This document shows, piece after piece, positions 48,161 to 61,961 of a DNA stretch of 64,000 nucleotides (positions are counted from its first letter, which is position 1; each line of letters begins with the position of its first letter). The position numbers were made by a program, and so were the translations under genes. Source of the DNA: Eledone cirrhosa (lineage: Eukaryota); the NCBI GenBank assembly GCA_964016885.1, contig OZ024740.1, positions 109,740,001 to 109,804,000 of the forward strand, written 5' to 3'. The notes under the pieces were generated by a model. It had not been told where the DNA came from, did not search any database, and saw only the letters and a list, made by a program, of their open reading frames with translations.

Positions 48161-50169
48161 AGATAGATAGACATACACATACATATATACATTCATTTTT
48201 CAATGGTTGCTTGTGTGAGTATGTACACACACACACACATATATATTTGTGTAAATTTAGTAGAAATAGAAGCTTCTATTTCTACTAAATTTCAAACTTC
48301 GCTCACTATTTCAAAACAAATTTACTTGATATATTTGTGTATATATTGTCTAGAATGGAGATGGAGATGTAGAGTAGAGAGGACTCTTTATTATTATGAG
48401 GGACAAGGCAACATCTGCAGTGCTGGCTTGTGCCACAATGAAAAGGCCCTAATACCCTTTGTAAAGCACTCAATGTTACAAAAGGGTATATAGCTATATA
48501 ACCTATACCAAAAATATAACATATGAGGGAGACTTGGTCTTCTGACTTGTCTACAAGAGCAGTAAATTCAAATAAAAACTGACTCTGACTGTGACAACCT
48601 CTCCAATCCATGTCAGTGTGGATTGTGGACATAAAATTATGATAATGATGATGGTGTGCTGTACGTGTGTGTATGTTAGTTGGTTGTGCCCAATTGTTGC
48701 TGGAGTTTTGTTTGTTTACATCGAATCATAATGTCCAGATAAGTAAGAAATCAAGCAGATTTCTATGACTGGGTACATATTAGATGAGAAATTGGTGGTG
48801 TGTTAAAAATAGTTCCTAACCTTTCCATTATTAAGGACCCCTTTTATTTAAACGAGTTTCTCCACAAACTCGCTGCTACCTCTACCCTTCCCCCTTATAC
48901 AGTGGGAATACTAGTTGAAAGAGAGAAATGTTTATACCTAGAGGAGAATGAATACCCAATTGCATGTGCATATTGATTTTGGCAAATTTTGAACTTTGCT
49001 CATGAAACCCCAGTACTACCTTTATAGGCCACAGGTTGGGAACTGTTGCACTAGAATGTGGTCATGAGTTTCCTCTACAGTGGAAAAAGATGGGATTATC
49101 ATGGCTGGAATGTAGGTGTCCTCAATCAGGCATGACTTGGAGCTAAACAATCAGCTACTAGTTATTTAAGGGTCCAAAATTGGCAAAACTCTCATTACAA
49201 GTACACTCTTTCTCAGATTGTTATATGGCAAGCATAACAATTGAAAAAAAAAAAAGAAAGAAATGATGATACTTAGAAAAACATGGATATCCAACAGAGT
49301 GTGAATTATTATGTTTTTAATAAAGTACTTGAAATTTTAAACCTAGCTCATTGGCCCTCAGTACTACCATTGCAAGCCCCCACAGGGGTTGGCAGATTCT
49401 AGGCTGGGAACACTGTATTAGACTGATGCTTTTTTTAGTGAGACAATTTCTCCATTTGCCCTTTTCTCTACACCTTACTCAGCTGGGATACACTACCTAA
49501 ACTAGGGTGCAGAGTCAGCTGCTCTCTTCCCCGATCCCTTTACTTTCGTTATTTGATTTTTTTTATCTTTATCAATTTTTTTATAAACATTATATAATTC
49601 AATTGAAATTTAAGTTAACTAAGAGATTAAGCTTTTGATTTATTAATTAAAATTAATTAAAAATAAAATTATTATTCTAGTGGTCAACCCCAACCTATCT
49701 ATGTCATTATAGAGTTACCATTGAAAGACACACTTCTGAAGATCAAGTTGGAATTTTTTTATAGAAGATGATCTCTCAAAGTTGGCTAGCTGCAAGTTGT
49801 AAAGAAAGAAACAAAATTCAACATTACCCTTGGAGATGAGAAATTTGGTGTCACTTACCTGCAACAGAAGAAAAGAAACACTTTAATTATTTGTTTATTT
49901 AAAACAGATTTCTTTTTTATTCAACATAGTTAAGTTTGTGTTAACATATTTCAAGAAATAAGTATTAAAAGCTGGACTTTGGAAATGGCATGAAAATGGA
50001 AGGTGTGAAAACATTTTATTACCAAGAATATATGCTTAAAAGAATGGAATGGTTTGGTAGATGAGTGAAGTATTGCTCAAAAAGTGGAAAACAAACAATG
50101 ATTTTCTGAGGATGATGTCAACAGAACCAATGAGGAATATTGTGAAAAGAAATGGAATAAGATGACAAG

Positions 50170-50400
50170 GTCATGTGATGAGGAAAAATGAAAGTGACTG
50201 GGTGAGAGAAGTGATGGAAATGAATGTGGCAGGAATTAGAAAAAGGGGAAGACCAACAAAAACATGGATAAAGATGATGAAGGAAGAAATGAAAGCCAGT
50301 GGGTTGGTGGGTTTGGGATGTAGAGGATGGAGTAAAATGGAGAAACCTGTCATGAGGCTGGGAAGGTTAAACTCTGTTTCAGCAGGGAGAAAGACCTTTA
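50170..50400 (+). mobile_element. Old RTE 3' remnant
   Basis: GHVMRKNESDWVREVMEMNVAGIRKRGRPTKTW. Confidence 0.7.
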
Positions 50401-50582
50401 AACATTCATTGTAGTTGATAGGTAAATATAGAAAATTTCAAAGGTAGGAGAATAGCCATGAACACAGCTTTAGAAAATCAGGTAAAATACCGCTATAGAC
50501 AGAAAAAGTGGCTGGTAGCTACTACAGAGAATCAATGTATGTGTGCGTGTATATGTGTATAGATAAATATATATCTATCTAT

Positions 50583-51770
50583 CTAGGGCGGGTAAAATTC
50601 CTGAGATCCATGGATGAGTTCTCTCCAGCGGTCTCTGTCCCTCATTATTGCTGCCATGTCCTGCGCCTCCAACAGACCAGTGTCTGTCCTTAGGGCATCA
50701 ACATATGTTAACCTTGGTCTTCCTCTTCCAGTGTGTCCATGCAGGGGCTCCCACAGGAGCACTGAGTGCAGTGTCAACTCTGGATGTCGGTGACCATGTC
50801 CAGCTAACCTCAGTCTCCTCAGTTTGACCTGACTTTTGGGAGGCTCCCATACAGCTCTGAGTTTTTCATCCTCAATGTATACTGATTAATGTTCAGAGCC
50901 ATCCTCAGCATTCTCGTGTAGCACCCATCCACCATCTGAGTGAGTTTCTTGGTCAGTGTCCAAGTCTCAGACCCATACAGCAGCACAGACTCCACTACAG
51001 CAATGAAGAGGTGGATCTTCAGGTCTTCACGAAGGTCTGACTTCCACACCGATCTCAAACTGTGGCACGCCGCCCAGGCTTTGCTCTTCTTCTCAACTAC
51101 ATCATCTTCCGTATTCCCAATCTTTGCTCCCAAATACAGGAAGTCCTCAACTAATTCCAGCGGCTTCCCGCCTACATGAGAAATCCCCTCTGGCTTCTCA
51201 ACATTCTCTACCAGAAATTTTGTTTTAGTCTCATTCATTCTCAGCCCCACACTCATTGACACAGTCTCAACTTCCTGCATCAAATCCTCTGCCTCCTTCA
51301 CTGTATTTGTCACCAAAACTATGTCATCGGCAAATTCAGCATCCGATATCTTTTTCGCCTTAACTCTTCTGCTCTGAGCCAGTGTTACAGTAAAGCCAGA
51401 GTTCTGGTGTTTCTCCAGTGCAAGGCGCATACAATGATAAAAAGTTAGGGAGCCAATATATCTCCCTGGAGCACTCCAGCCAGTATCTCAAAGAACTCTG
51501 TCATCCCATCAGATGGAGAAGAAGCTCTGGGACAACCAGAACGGCTTCAGAGAGGGAAGATCAACCACCAGTCATATCCTGATGCTGAGGAGGATATTAG
51601 AGGGAGCTAGAGCAAAGTGCCTTCCTGCGGTCATGGTTTTCATTGACTTTAGGAAGGCCTTTGATTCTGTGGACTGTCACTGCCTGATGAAGATCTTGCA
51701 GGCTTATGGAATCCCCAAGAAGATAGTGGACCTGATATCACTGCTCTACACCAACACCAAAGCCCAAGTC
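50583..51770 (-). mobile_element. RTE-X-like LINE with an inverted 5' segment
   Basis: Minus strand 50583-51512 gives GVLQGD, FADD, LLYGSETW and GRGRPRLTYVD. Plus strand 51513-51770 gives QNGFREGRST, FIDFRKAFDSV and TKAQV. Confidence 0.9.
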
Positions 51771-52719
51771 AAATATATATGTGTGTGTAAAAAGGGAAAG
51801 AAATATGTGCATATATTTATATACATATATATATGCGTGTTTGAGTATGACAAGGTAAAAAACATGAAAGATGAGGTAAATAAGGTAGCTATTTGGTTAA
51901 TGGAAATGGAAAGTTCTTTGACGTTTTAAAGTTTGTGTGTGGAGAGAGAGAGAGATGTATATAGGTAATTGCATAAATTTTGTTTGTGTGTCTGTCTGTC
52001 TGTGCCTGTGTATTTCATATGCACATTTACACTTTAAAGAAAAAACAAATTCTCTTGAGAATGTCTTGGAAGTATAAATGTATCATATACACCTCCTGTA
52101 TTAGAGAGCTATACTAAACAGTATTGTCGCAGCTGCTGCACTGCAGTAATATCTACAACAACAACATTAATAATAACAATATTTACAATAATAACAACAT
52201 TAATAACATTCAAAAAATGAATAACAACAACCATATTAACAACAACAACAACAACAACCATATTAACAACATTAACAATAAGATCAACAACAATAACACC
52301 CAAAACAGTCGCTGACAATATTTAAAATATAGTTATGCAAACGATATCCAAAATTCTCCCCACCACCACCACCACCAATAAAAACACCCATCCACACATG
52401 ACCATCACTACTTACATATTTACAGATAAAGGTAGTTTATGAGGGATGCTATCAATTGATTAGAGTGTCAGTGGAGGAGGGGGGGAGCTTATTCAATAAG
52501 GTTTATTGGTCCCCTTCCACTACTGCCAAAACCATATGTTTAATGTCTTACTGGTGAGTCCATTGTTTCTCAACTAAATAGTCTTAAGATTCCTAGCATA
52601 ACTGAAATAGTCCACAGCACCTCTCTTTCTCTGTGTCTGTCTATCTATCTGTCTGTCTCTCTCACTTTTAGGGAGGGAGGGAAGGTGGTTGCTGTAGATA
52701 CAGTTGCTGAGAAATCAAT

Positions 52720-53055
52720 ATAACTCCACCATGACAACCAACACAACCATAACCACCACCAACACAACTACCACCACCCCCAATACAAACACCACCATCA
52801 CCATCACTACCAACACAATCACCATCACCAACACAACTACCATCACCACCAACACAAACACTACCACCACCATCACCATCACTACCAACACAACTACCAT
52901 CACCACCAACACAAACACTACCACCACCATCACCATCACTACCAACACAACTACCATCACCACCAACACAAACACTACCACCACCATCACTACCAACACA
53001 ATCACCATCACCATCACCACCAACACGAAGACTATCACTACCATCACCACCAACA
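52720..53055. repeat. ACC/AAC/ATC trinucleotide-based low-complexity array
   Basis: Repeated accaccaacacaaacactaccaccaccatcacc units. Confidence 0.85.
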
Positions 53056-53447
53056 GCTGGGTTATTGTGAGGCCCATGCTTGCCTCAGAGCAAGATAATC
53101 TGCCAACGGAAAAAAAAAATGTAAATGGTAACAGCATAGGGTAGAGAGGATTCTTCAGTCATGCCAAAGGTGTGACAATCTTTCTAGTTCCAGTACCCTT
53201 TTTGCGTTTTGGTCTTTTGGTTAGTTCAACATTCCTCTTATTTCTATTGATGGTGAATAGGTCATCATGGCGATATAATCCCCCTTTAACGGCAGGGAAA
53301 ATGCCTTTAAGTCTATTTAGTTAAAAAAATGCCAGTGATTTGCACTCAGTCACTTGAACCCATAGTTATGTTGAAATTATCAGGGCAGGTTTTTTGGGGT
53401 TCAATAGTTACCATCAAATTCTTTTATAGTTTTCTTAGCTATTAGTA

Positions 53448-53627
53448 TTGGCAGTATCGGTAGAGGGTCGGACGCCATGCTTTCCAGCATAGTTACGTCC
53501 CTTTACGATCTGAGTTCAAATCACGCCGAGGTTGACTTTGCCTTTCATCCTTACGGGGTCGATAAAATAAAGTACCAGTAATGCACTGGGTAATTGCTGG
53601 CCTTGTGCCTAAAGTAGAAACAATTAT
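53448..53627 (+). mobile_element. SINE S1 copy
   Basis: TGGCAGTATCGG...GAGTTCAAATC...GCCTTTCATCCTTACGGGGTCGATAAAATAAAGTACCAG. Confidence 0.88.
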
Positions 53628-55279
53628 TTCAATTTCAGTTCTAGTTAAATTGCTTGCACTCTTTACTATAATTAGGGCCCTGTTCAAAGGATTAGGAGAT
53701 ATAGATGAGTAGCATGTATCAATGTCACTTCTGAAGAACAGAGGGTGGTAAAGTGTATCAAGCTTATCTCATCTTACCAATGAAAATAGTGAAGTACTAT
53801 AACTTCATTTATTATATATGGGCTTCTTCACTATTTACATCTACCAAATTCTACTCACAAGGTCAATTTGAGGTTATAGAAGACACTTGCCCAAAGTGCC
53901 ACAGTGAGACAATAATTTTTGGTAAGATTTCTATAGTTTTATGCCATTCCTTATGACCATCACTTTAGAGAGTGTACTGGGTGCATTCTATGATAGCACA
54001 AACACAACCAATAAGACATATACATATACATACATACACACATACATAAATATAATGGCTGCATCTCGGTTTCAAGAATTGGTATACCTTGGCCCTTTCT
54101 CATACATGAGTGGCAAAAACATGACCTTTTAGCCCTACATGGATTCTTTTTTTACATATGCTGCAGTAAAAGAAAAAGAAAAGGTCATGCCCATGCATCA
54201 CAGGTTGTTTAGATCAAGTGATGCTTGAGCTTAAAGCTTTTTTTAAGTGAAGAAAGGCCTTGCACTGAATCAATCCCACTCTCTGAACACTGTGGATAAG
54301 TATTCAAAAAGAAAACAGGGCAACATCATTGGCTGCCATCGAGTCACAAGTTTTACATCAGAGTTTTCATTCTCCTAGAATGATGTTCTAACAAGAATGA
54401 GAGGTTTCTCATTCCCAGTGGGCTAACCACATGCTCCAGCACCAAACCAGGTAATATCCATGGACATACATGCATACACACATGCATACATGGTTAAACT
54501 GTATAATAGAAGTGCACATAAATTCTAACATGACTCAGCTATTACAGATCTAATCAGCAATTATTATATTCCTTGAAGAAAAAATAATCTGGAGACATTC
54601 TCAAACATTAGATAATTCATTAAGATAAAAAATTACATGGAACAAAATACACAAATAATGGACAAAAAAACAAAACAAATTTCAATTTAAAAAAATACAA
54701 TAGTTGCAAAAAATAACATATTTTCTAATTAATTAAATCTCATTAACAATTTAAATAGAAAGCAATTTTATTTGTTCATTAAAAACCAAAAACAAAAGGA
54801 ATAAAAAAAGCTTTTGGTTAAAATGGTTTATTTCATTTCATTAAATTCTTGAAAGAAGGTTATGCTGTGATGTCCAAGAAATAGCATATCTAATGCTATA
54901 AGTAGAAGTAGTAGTAGTAGCATTAGTAGTAGTAGCAGCAGCAGCAGTACCACCACCACCACCACAATCCCAATCCATTGAGAGGATAAATGGTTTACAA
55001 ACATTGATTAGTATCCTTTCCTGCATGCACACTATTGAACCTTTTAGTAACTCTTCATGCAATGATTTAGCAGAAAATATCTCAAAATGTGTTTGTTAAT
55101 TCAACTGTTTATAGTATATTTATGAGTGGACAGATCATTCTGAATATTTCTAGTATTGGATTAAATGTGATACAGATATAGCGCTGTTTTGTACTTTTCA
55201 AGAATTTCTTGCTCATGTGATTTCATATGGTACAGGACATTAAGAGTTAAAATCTTTTTAAAACACCAATGTTCACAAG

Positions 55280-55670
55280 CACCCAGGGTAGAGGTGAGAA
55301 GGAGCACAATAGGGATTGTTGCAAGAGATTGGGGAGAAAAAAGTACCCTTGGTAGATAAGAGAAAGAGTGATGTGGTTGGTGTAAAAGATTGAGTTGAAG
55401 AATGTACCCAGGGTAGATGTGAGAGCAATGGGTATTGAGGTGATGGATTGAGTAGAAGAAAGTACTCAGAGTAGATGAGAGAGAGCAATGAGTGTTGAGG
55501 TGAGGAATTGCATCAAAGAATGTGCCCAGGGTAGATGTGAGAGAGAGCAGTGGGTGTTGAGGTGAAGGATTGGATAGAAGAATGTACCCAGGGTAGATGA
55601 GAGAGAAAGCAATAGTTTTTAATGCCAAAGCTAGGGTAGAGGAAGGAAAGTATTCCGGGTAGATGGGAGG
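55280..55670. repeat. About 60-bp degenerate minisatellite
   Basis: cccagggtagatg(a/t)gagaga...gtgttgaggtga recurs near 55282, 55346, 55407, 55465, 55525 and 55587. Confidence 0.8.
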
Positions 55671-55899
55671 GAGCAACAGATGTAAGGTGTTGATGTAATA
55701 AATATTATATAATTGTACAAGAAATAGGAAAAGATTGTGCATTGCAGACATGTTCAAACCACACCTATGATAGGGTGGGGGTGGTGCTGATATAAGTCCA
55801 ATGGTAGTAGTGATGATGAGGATTGTGATAATGGAGATAGCCTAAATAATGTTGATGGTGATAGTGATGGTGATGATGGTGACAAAGATGTAGGCGTTT

Positions 55900-56243
55900 C
55901 ATCATCATCATCATCATGATCATTTCATTTTACGTCCACTTTTCCCTGCTTGCAAGGGTGGGACGGGAACTGATTCTGGCTTGATTTCTACAGCTGGATG
56001 CCCTTCCTAACACCAACCTCATTTACAGTGAGTGCTGGGTGTTTTTTTGCCATGGCACCTCCACGACCACTTTACAGTGGAATGATAGGGACCTCAGTCC
56101 CTATCATCTCATTTCTACAGCTGAGTAAACTGGAGCAATGTGAAATAAAGTGTCTTGCTCAAGGAAACAACACATCACCCATTCTGAGAATTGAACTCAC
56201 AACTTTTCGATTGCAAGGCCAATGCTCTAACCACTAAGCCATG
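55900..56243 (-). mobile_element. Composite SINE: tRNA head, CORE/Meta-like body and RTE-derived tail
   Basis: A box TGGCTTAGTGG, B box GAGTTCAATTC, then ccttgagcaagacactttatt, an RTE-A 3' UTR block, the RTE-C terminal 40 nt and (GAT)n. Confidence 0.7.
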
Positions 56244-56577
56244 GTGATAATAATGTTGATGGTGATGATGATAATGGTGATGATGGCGATGGGCAAGATG
56301 ATGATAATTGTGTTAATGATATTGATGATGATGATGATGTTCTTGACACAGAGAGAATAAACCATATATTTAACATCATCAATCATTCAACATACTTAAT
56401 CTCCAAATTCCAATTTATCCATTTCAAACTGTTTTCATATCACAAATATACACATCCCTTGGTGTGTCTCACCACATCTCTCATAAATACACACAGGTAT
56501 ACACATCCCTTGGTCTCTATCTCTCAATATCTCTCTCATAAATACACACAGGCACACACACATACACACACACACAC

Positions 56578-56622
<45 letters not shown>

Positions 56623-56676
56623 TAATCATTAATCTGTTAATCTGGATGTGTGTGTATGTATGTATAAATACATATA

Positions 56677-56740
<64 letters not shown>

Positions 56741-56920
56741 GCACCCAGCACTCACTGTAAATGAGGTTGGTGTTAGGAAGGGCATCCAGCTGTAGAAATC
56801 GACCCAGAATCAGTTCCCATATGAGCAAGGCATGGTCAGCCGACCGGCTACTGCCCACAACAGGACAACCCGTCTAATCCATGCTACTGTGGAAGAACGG
56901 ACGTAAAACGGTGATGATGA

Positions 56921-56949
<29 letters not shown>

Positions 56950-56956
<7 letters not shown>

Positions 56957-57397
56957 TACTAAAACTCTGTGATTGCTTGCTTGTTTGCTTACTTGTCTGT
57001 AATGTAATACAGCCGAAATGGCGCATAATGAGAAAAAACTTTGAAAGGAGGTTGACCCTGAAATGCGAATACAAATGGAATAAAACAAGTTTAAAACAGA
57101 TTCCTGAGATACAGGGTTTTTCCGGGTACTTTCATGAATAGAGAGAGAGAAGGATAGAAAGAAAGAGAAAGTGTTTGTGAGAAAGTAGATTGAAAGATAT
57201 ATATATAAAGAGAGAAGGAGACTGAGAAGGAAAATGGAAGAGAGAGAGATAGAGAGTGGTGGTGTTATTGAATGAAATTATAACCGGTGACTTCAAAGAA
57301 ATGAATACAGCATTTAGTATCCTACTAAATAGAAAGGGTTTCTAAGTGTGTGTGTGTGTGTGTGTTTGACCGGTGTATATAGGTCACAGACACTCGC

Positions 57398-57433
<36 letters not shown>

Positions 57434-57560
57434 ATACACACACACACATATATATATATATTCCAATTTCATTTTACATTATATACATGTCTGTGTATAT
57501 TTTAATTATTTAAAAAATATTTTTAAGTAAACGTGACCCAATGGATCACGGGTGCTCTAG
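56950..57560 (+). mobile_element. Non-autonomous Helitron-like element
   Basis: 5' tatactactaaaa; 3' hairpin CGTGACC-CAAT-GGATCACG followed by GGTGCT-CTAG|T. Confidence 0.7.
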
Positions 57561-57624
57561 TATATAATAATAATAATAATTCAAGGGTAAGAAATTGTCT
57601 AGATGAATGTATCCACATAATATG

Positions 57625-59380
57625 TATGCACTGTTCAAATTCAAGCACTGCCTTATTTGTCTCTTGCTTGAGATGGTTGGAAGATTTATTCCGCTTTTTT
57701 CTGTTGGCATCTGATTTATGCAGTTTATATTCCCGTTCAGCGTTCCGACATTCTTTCCTGGCAAGTCGGACCGCTGAAGTTTCCCAAATTTCACTTTTGG
57801 GTGGGGGTTTTTTCTGCTTACGTGGCACCGATGCTGCACACGCTATCCATATTGAGTCCAGGATGCTCTGGAGTATAGTGTTCACATCTCCAGAGTTATA
57901 GAACTCATGCCTGTAGCTCAGTGCAGTACAAGTTCCAATCTGCTTTCTTCCAATCAAAGCAAGCAGATTGGAGATGGTTCTGGTTTTTGTTGCTGCCCGC
58001 AAGTGCCAGATTGGCAATGATCATAGCATGATCAGAGTCGCCTAGAGGTTGCTCAGTAATACAACTGATAAGCACTTCAGGAGTAGTGGTGAAGATCAGG
58101 TCCAAAGTGTTGTCACCTCTTGTTGAAGAGGTGACTACTTGTGACTAGTTTGAGTTCAGCACTAGCTCAAGGAAATCGTTTGCACTTTGTGGCCAACAAA
58201 AGGTTTCCCAATTGATCTCAGGATGATTGAAGTCACCTGCAATAAACACAAGTGGCTGTTTTCCTGGCAGCAGCTCTGAGGATATCGCAAAGCTGTGTGT
58301 CCTGATGGTAGTTTGGGGGGGGGGGGGGGGGGGCGATAAACAACACCAAGCAGAAGTGTTGACATGGTCATACATATGTCACAAAAAAAAACTTCTTGTG
58401 ATTCGTTCAAATCAACGCAAGGAATTACCGAAAAGTTTGAACGAACGTAGACCATCACACCACCACCACGGCGATTAATGCGGTCCTTGCAGAAAAGGTT
58501 GTACCCAGTAATGCTGAAAACCCCATCACAGAGTAAGGAATGTGCCCATGTTTCCATGACTGTGATGAAGTCAGGGTCGATGCTTCTGACGTAGGAGTTA
58601 AACAGATGTATCTTGTTGCATAAACTGTGAGCATTTAAGGACAACAATTTGTACCCTGCTTGCAGTTTATGATGGTGTGTAGAGGATGGCAGGTTGTTCT
58701 GGTTTAGTTTCCCAGAGTTGTTGCAGTTTTTTTTTCATTGCCAGTTATTGAGGGTAGAGCACACTCAGACCAGCTGGTATCTCTCTTCCACGTTTCACCA
58801 GCCTTAACAAACCTCCAGATCTGCCCATCATCACACAGACTAAAACTTTCATGTTGTGCTGAGTTCCGATTCAAGGAAGCTGCAGCACGTACCTTTGGAC
58901 GTCATGGGTAGTAGGCCTGGGTGTGTTCGGAAGGTAATCTGATTTTCACGCCCAGCTTTAACAGAGGCCAGATGATATGAAATTGCCTCAGCGGGCTCTG
59001 AAAAAGACAGCCTGATGAGTCTGGGTTTTGGACAAGGTCGATCAAGGCGGAGACCACCCTTTGGGGGAACACAGCCTAGGTCTTTGGCTGAGTTGGCAGC
59101 AAATGCCTGAAGATCAGCCTTGTCCTCTGGTACCCCAATGGCAATTACTTCATGGGTAGCAGATTCCGCAGTCATCTCAGTGTGACAAGATACGGCAAGA
59201 GGTACAGGGAAATTCTTTAGCAAGGCATTCTGATAAGACCCCTCATTGTGGGGTCCTACCTGAATGCTTGCTTTTATTCCTGTTACTTCCCTTCTTAAAG
59301 CAGAAATCATTAGTTGCAATTTTGCAAAATCTGTACTGGTCAGTTGTTGTTGCTGTTGTTTGTGTATGATTCTTTTAGTC
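57625..59380 (-). mobile_element. Degenerate CR1-group LINE, 5' half (ORF1 + APE)
   Basis: ORF1 has IGVPE...KPRLIRLSF. APE has LNAHSLCNK, ETW, RGGGVMVYV, VYRPP, AGDFNHPEINW, TRGDNTLDLIF and LGDSDH. No RT is present. Confidence 0.85.
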
Positions 59381-60340
59381 AGCAAATTGGCAGAGTTGTT
59401 AGAATGTCTAATAGAATGGTTTGTGGTATTCATCTCTGCTCTCTGGGTTCAAATACCACTGAGGACAACTTTACCTTTGATCCATTTGAGGTCAATAAAA
59501 AAAGTATCAGTCAAGTACTGGGGTTGATTCTTCCTCTATATCTCTTTCTCACTTCCATCCTTCTCTGAAAGAAATCTGCTGTGTTCAGATCTGGAGAGGA
59601 TGGGCTCTGCCAGGTTTAAAAAAAAATACCCTAGAAATACAGTATGGAGCCCCTACAACTACCTCTGGAGTTACAGGACCATGAATGCATGCATATTACT
59701 TTTAATAAAAAAAGTATGAAACTTAAACTGTGTTTGGCACAGCTCAAACACAGTTCATTTTGCACATATACTCTTTCGAATATCTTAAATTTCAACTTTG
59801 TACTGAAGGTTCAAAATTTAGTTCAGACTAACTACATATATAATCATCATTACATTTTAATATCTATTTTGCATGCTTGTATCGGTTAGACGGGGTGTCA
59901 CATTATCAAGCCAGACAGGTGAGGTGATCATATTTTGCTCATATGATCTGATTTTGGTCTGGTTTTCTATGGCTCAGTGTTCTTCCTAAAGCCAACCACA
60001 TCAGAGCATGTACTGGGAGCTCTTTGTTGCGGCACCAGCATGACCACCTTACAGGGTGGACTAGTTGCATTTTGTCATGGAACCAGCACTGTCGGAGAAC
60101 AAGCAACTTGCAATGAGTGTGCATGTATGTATGTATGTATGTATGTATGTATGTATGTATGTATGTATGTATGTATGTATGTATGTATGTATATATATAT
60201 ATATATATATATATGTAGGAGGTGAGTTTTATTGTAGTACAATAAAGCAATGCAGATATCGGATAAGAAGCACTCTACAGTTTGTAGGACTGGAGTATAC
60301 ATAATATATAAGATCAAAAGATGGTTAAAGGAGTTCCATG

Positions 60341-60411
60341 TATTTTATTATGCGTATTTCAAAAACAAACATCATCATGCAATAATATTTGTGTTTTCAT
60401 CAGATAAAACA
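60341..60411 (-). ncRNA. Type I hammerhead (mirror copy in the left arm)
   Basis: Reverse complement of 61891-61961 with two substitutions. Confidence 0.72.
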
Positions 60412-61890
60412 GGAGAACATGATATGAAGGCTAAAAAACACTTGTGGATAGTGCAGTTTTAAATCAACATATGAAAAGTAGTTTTAGATTGATGTGTGAT
60501 ATTGGGAAAAATATTTTATTTAGAGAGGGGGTGGGGGGTGGAAAGGATGAAAAAAGGGGAGGAGATGAGAGTGAAGGTGGAGAGGGAGAGATGGGTGATA
60601 GAGAGAAAGAGAGAAAGAGATAGTTTTTATAACTGAGAGAAGATATATTGTTTTACATAGAGAGGTTGAAAACCGTTGGAAGATAATGTATAAATTAAAA
60701 GAATTTGAAAATTAACGAAGGGAAAGAGAGGGAGTTGGTATGTATTGATATTAAAAAGTTTGAAGATAGAGAGAACAAATAATAATTGCAGATGAATATT
60801 CTAACGTCAAAAGGTGTATGTTTATAAGTATTATGGCAATTTCAAAATTGACGAAGAGAAAAAAAAAAAAAAATATTATTAAGGTTTGTGTGTAGAAGTT
60901 AAAGTTTGTATATTGAAGGAATTGATAATATGTGCGAAGAAAGAGTTAATATGTATTAAAATTATTAAGGTTTGTGTATTAGATGATTTGAGAAAAATAA
61001 TGTGAAGTTAAGGTTTTTATATTGAAGGAATTGATAATTTGTGCGAAGAAATAGTTAATATGTATTAAGAATGTGTTAGTTGATGGGAAGAAAAAAAAAA
61101 ATATTATTAAGGATGAATATTCTAGCGTCAAAAAAAGAGGAGGAGAGGGAGTTAATTGAAAAGTTTGATGATGGAGAGAAAAAATAATAATAATTGCGGA
61201 TGAATATTCTAACGTCAAAAAAACAAATGTATATGTTATGAAGGATTTTACAATGTGAAGATAGAGTGAGGGTAATGAGTAAACAAGTATTATAGAGTGT
61301 ATAATGCCCTTTGAAGTAAGGTAGGAAGAATGGGTATATTTTAAAGAGGTGTATGTATGTGTGCCTTTGAGAAAAGATTCTAAATTTCCCTTCGTTAATT
61401 TTCAAATTCTTTTAATTTATACATTATCTTCCAACGGTTCTCAACCTCTCTATCTAAAACAATATATCTTTTCTCAGTTATAAAAACTATCTCTTTCTCT
61501 CTATCACCCATCTCTCCCTCTCATCTCCTCCCCTTTTTTCCTCCTCCCCCCCCCCCTCTCTAAATAAAATATTTTTTCCTCGTACATATTTTTCCCTTCG
61601 TTAATTTTCAAATTCTTTTAATTTATACATTATCTTCCAACGGTTTTCAACCTCTCTATGTAAAACAATATATCTTCTCTCAGTTATAAAAACTATCTCT
61701 TTCTCTCTATCACCCATCTCTCCCTCTCCACCTTCACTCTCATCTCCTCCCCTTTTTTCATCCTTTCCACCCCCCTCTCTAAATAAAATATTTTTCCCAA
61801 TATCACACATCAATCTAAAACTACTTTTCATATGTTGATTTAAAACTGCACTATCCACAAGTGTTTTTTAGCCTTCATATCATGTTCTCC

Positions 61891-61961
61891 TGTTTTATCT
61901 GATGAAAACACAAATATTATTGCACGATGATGTTTGTTTTTGAAATGCGCATAATAAAATA
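61891..61961 (+). ncRNA. Type I hammerhead ribozyme
   Basis: tgttttat-CTGATGA-aaacacaaatattatt gcac gatgatgtttgttttt-GAAAT-gcgc-ATA-ataaaata. 8-bp helix I, 16-bp helix II and palindromic helix III ATGCGCAT. Confidence 0.8.

Noticed and set aside
52109-53144. Asn/Thr- or Val-rich ORFs (also 28198-28491 and 34053-34351) as host exons
   Set aside because: Trinucleotide low-complexity DNA that is open on both strands, with no domain or splice evidence.
53448-53530. Possible tRNA genes at A/B box sequences
   Set aside because: No cloverleaf, and they run into multi-copy SINE bodies.
3138-60317. Many ORFs rich in YIYI, CVCV, HTHT or MYVC
   Set aside because: These are translations of (TA)n, (CA)n and (TATG)n microsatellites, which lack stop codons by construction.
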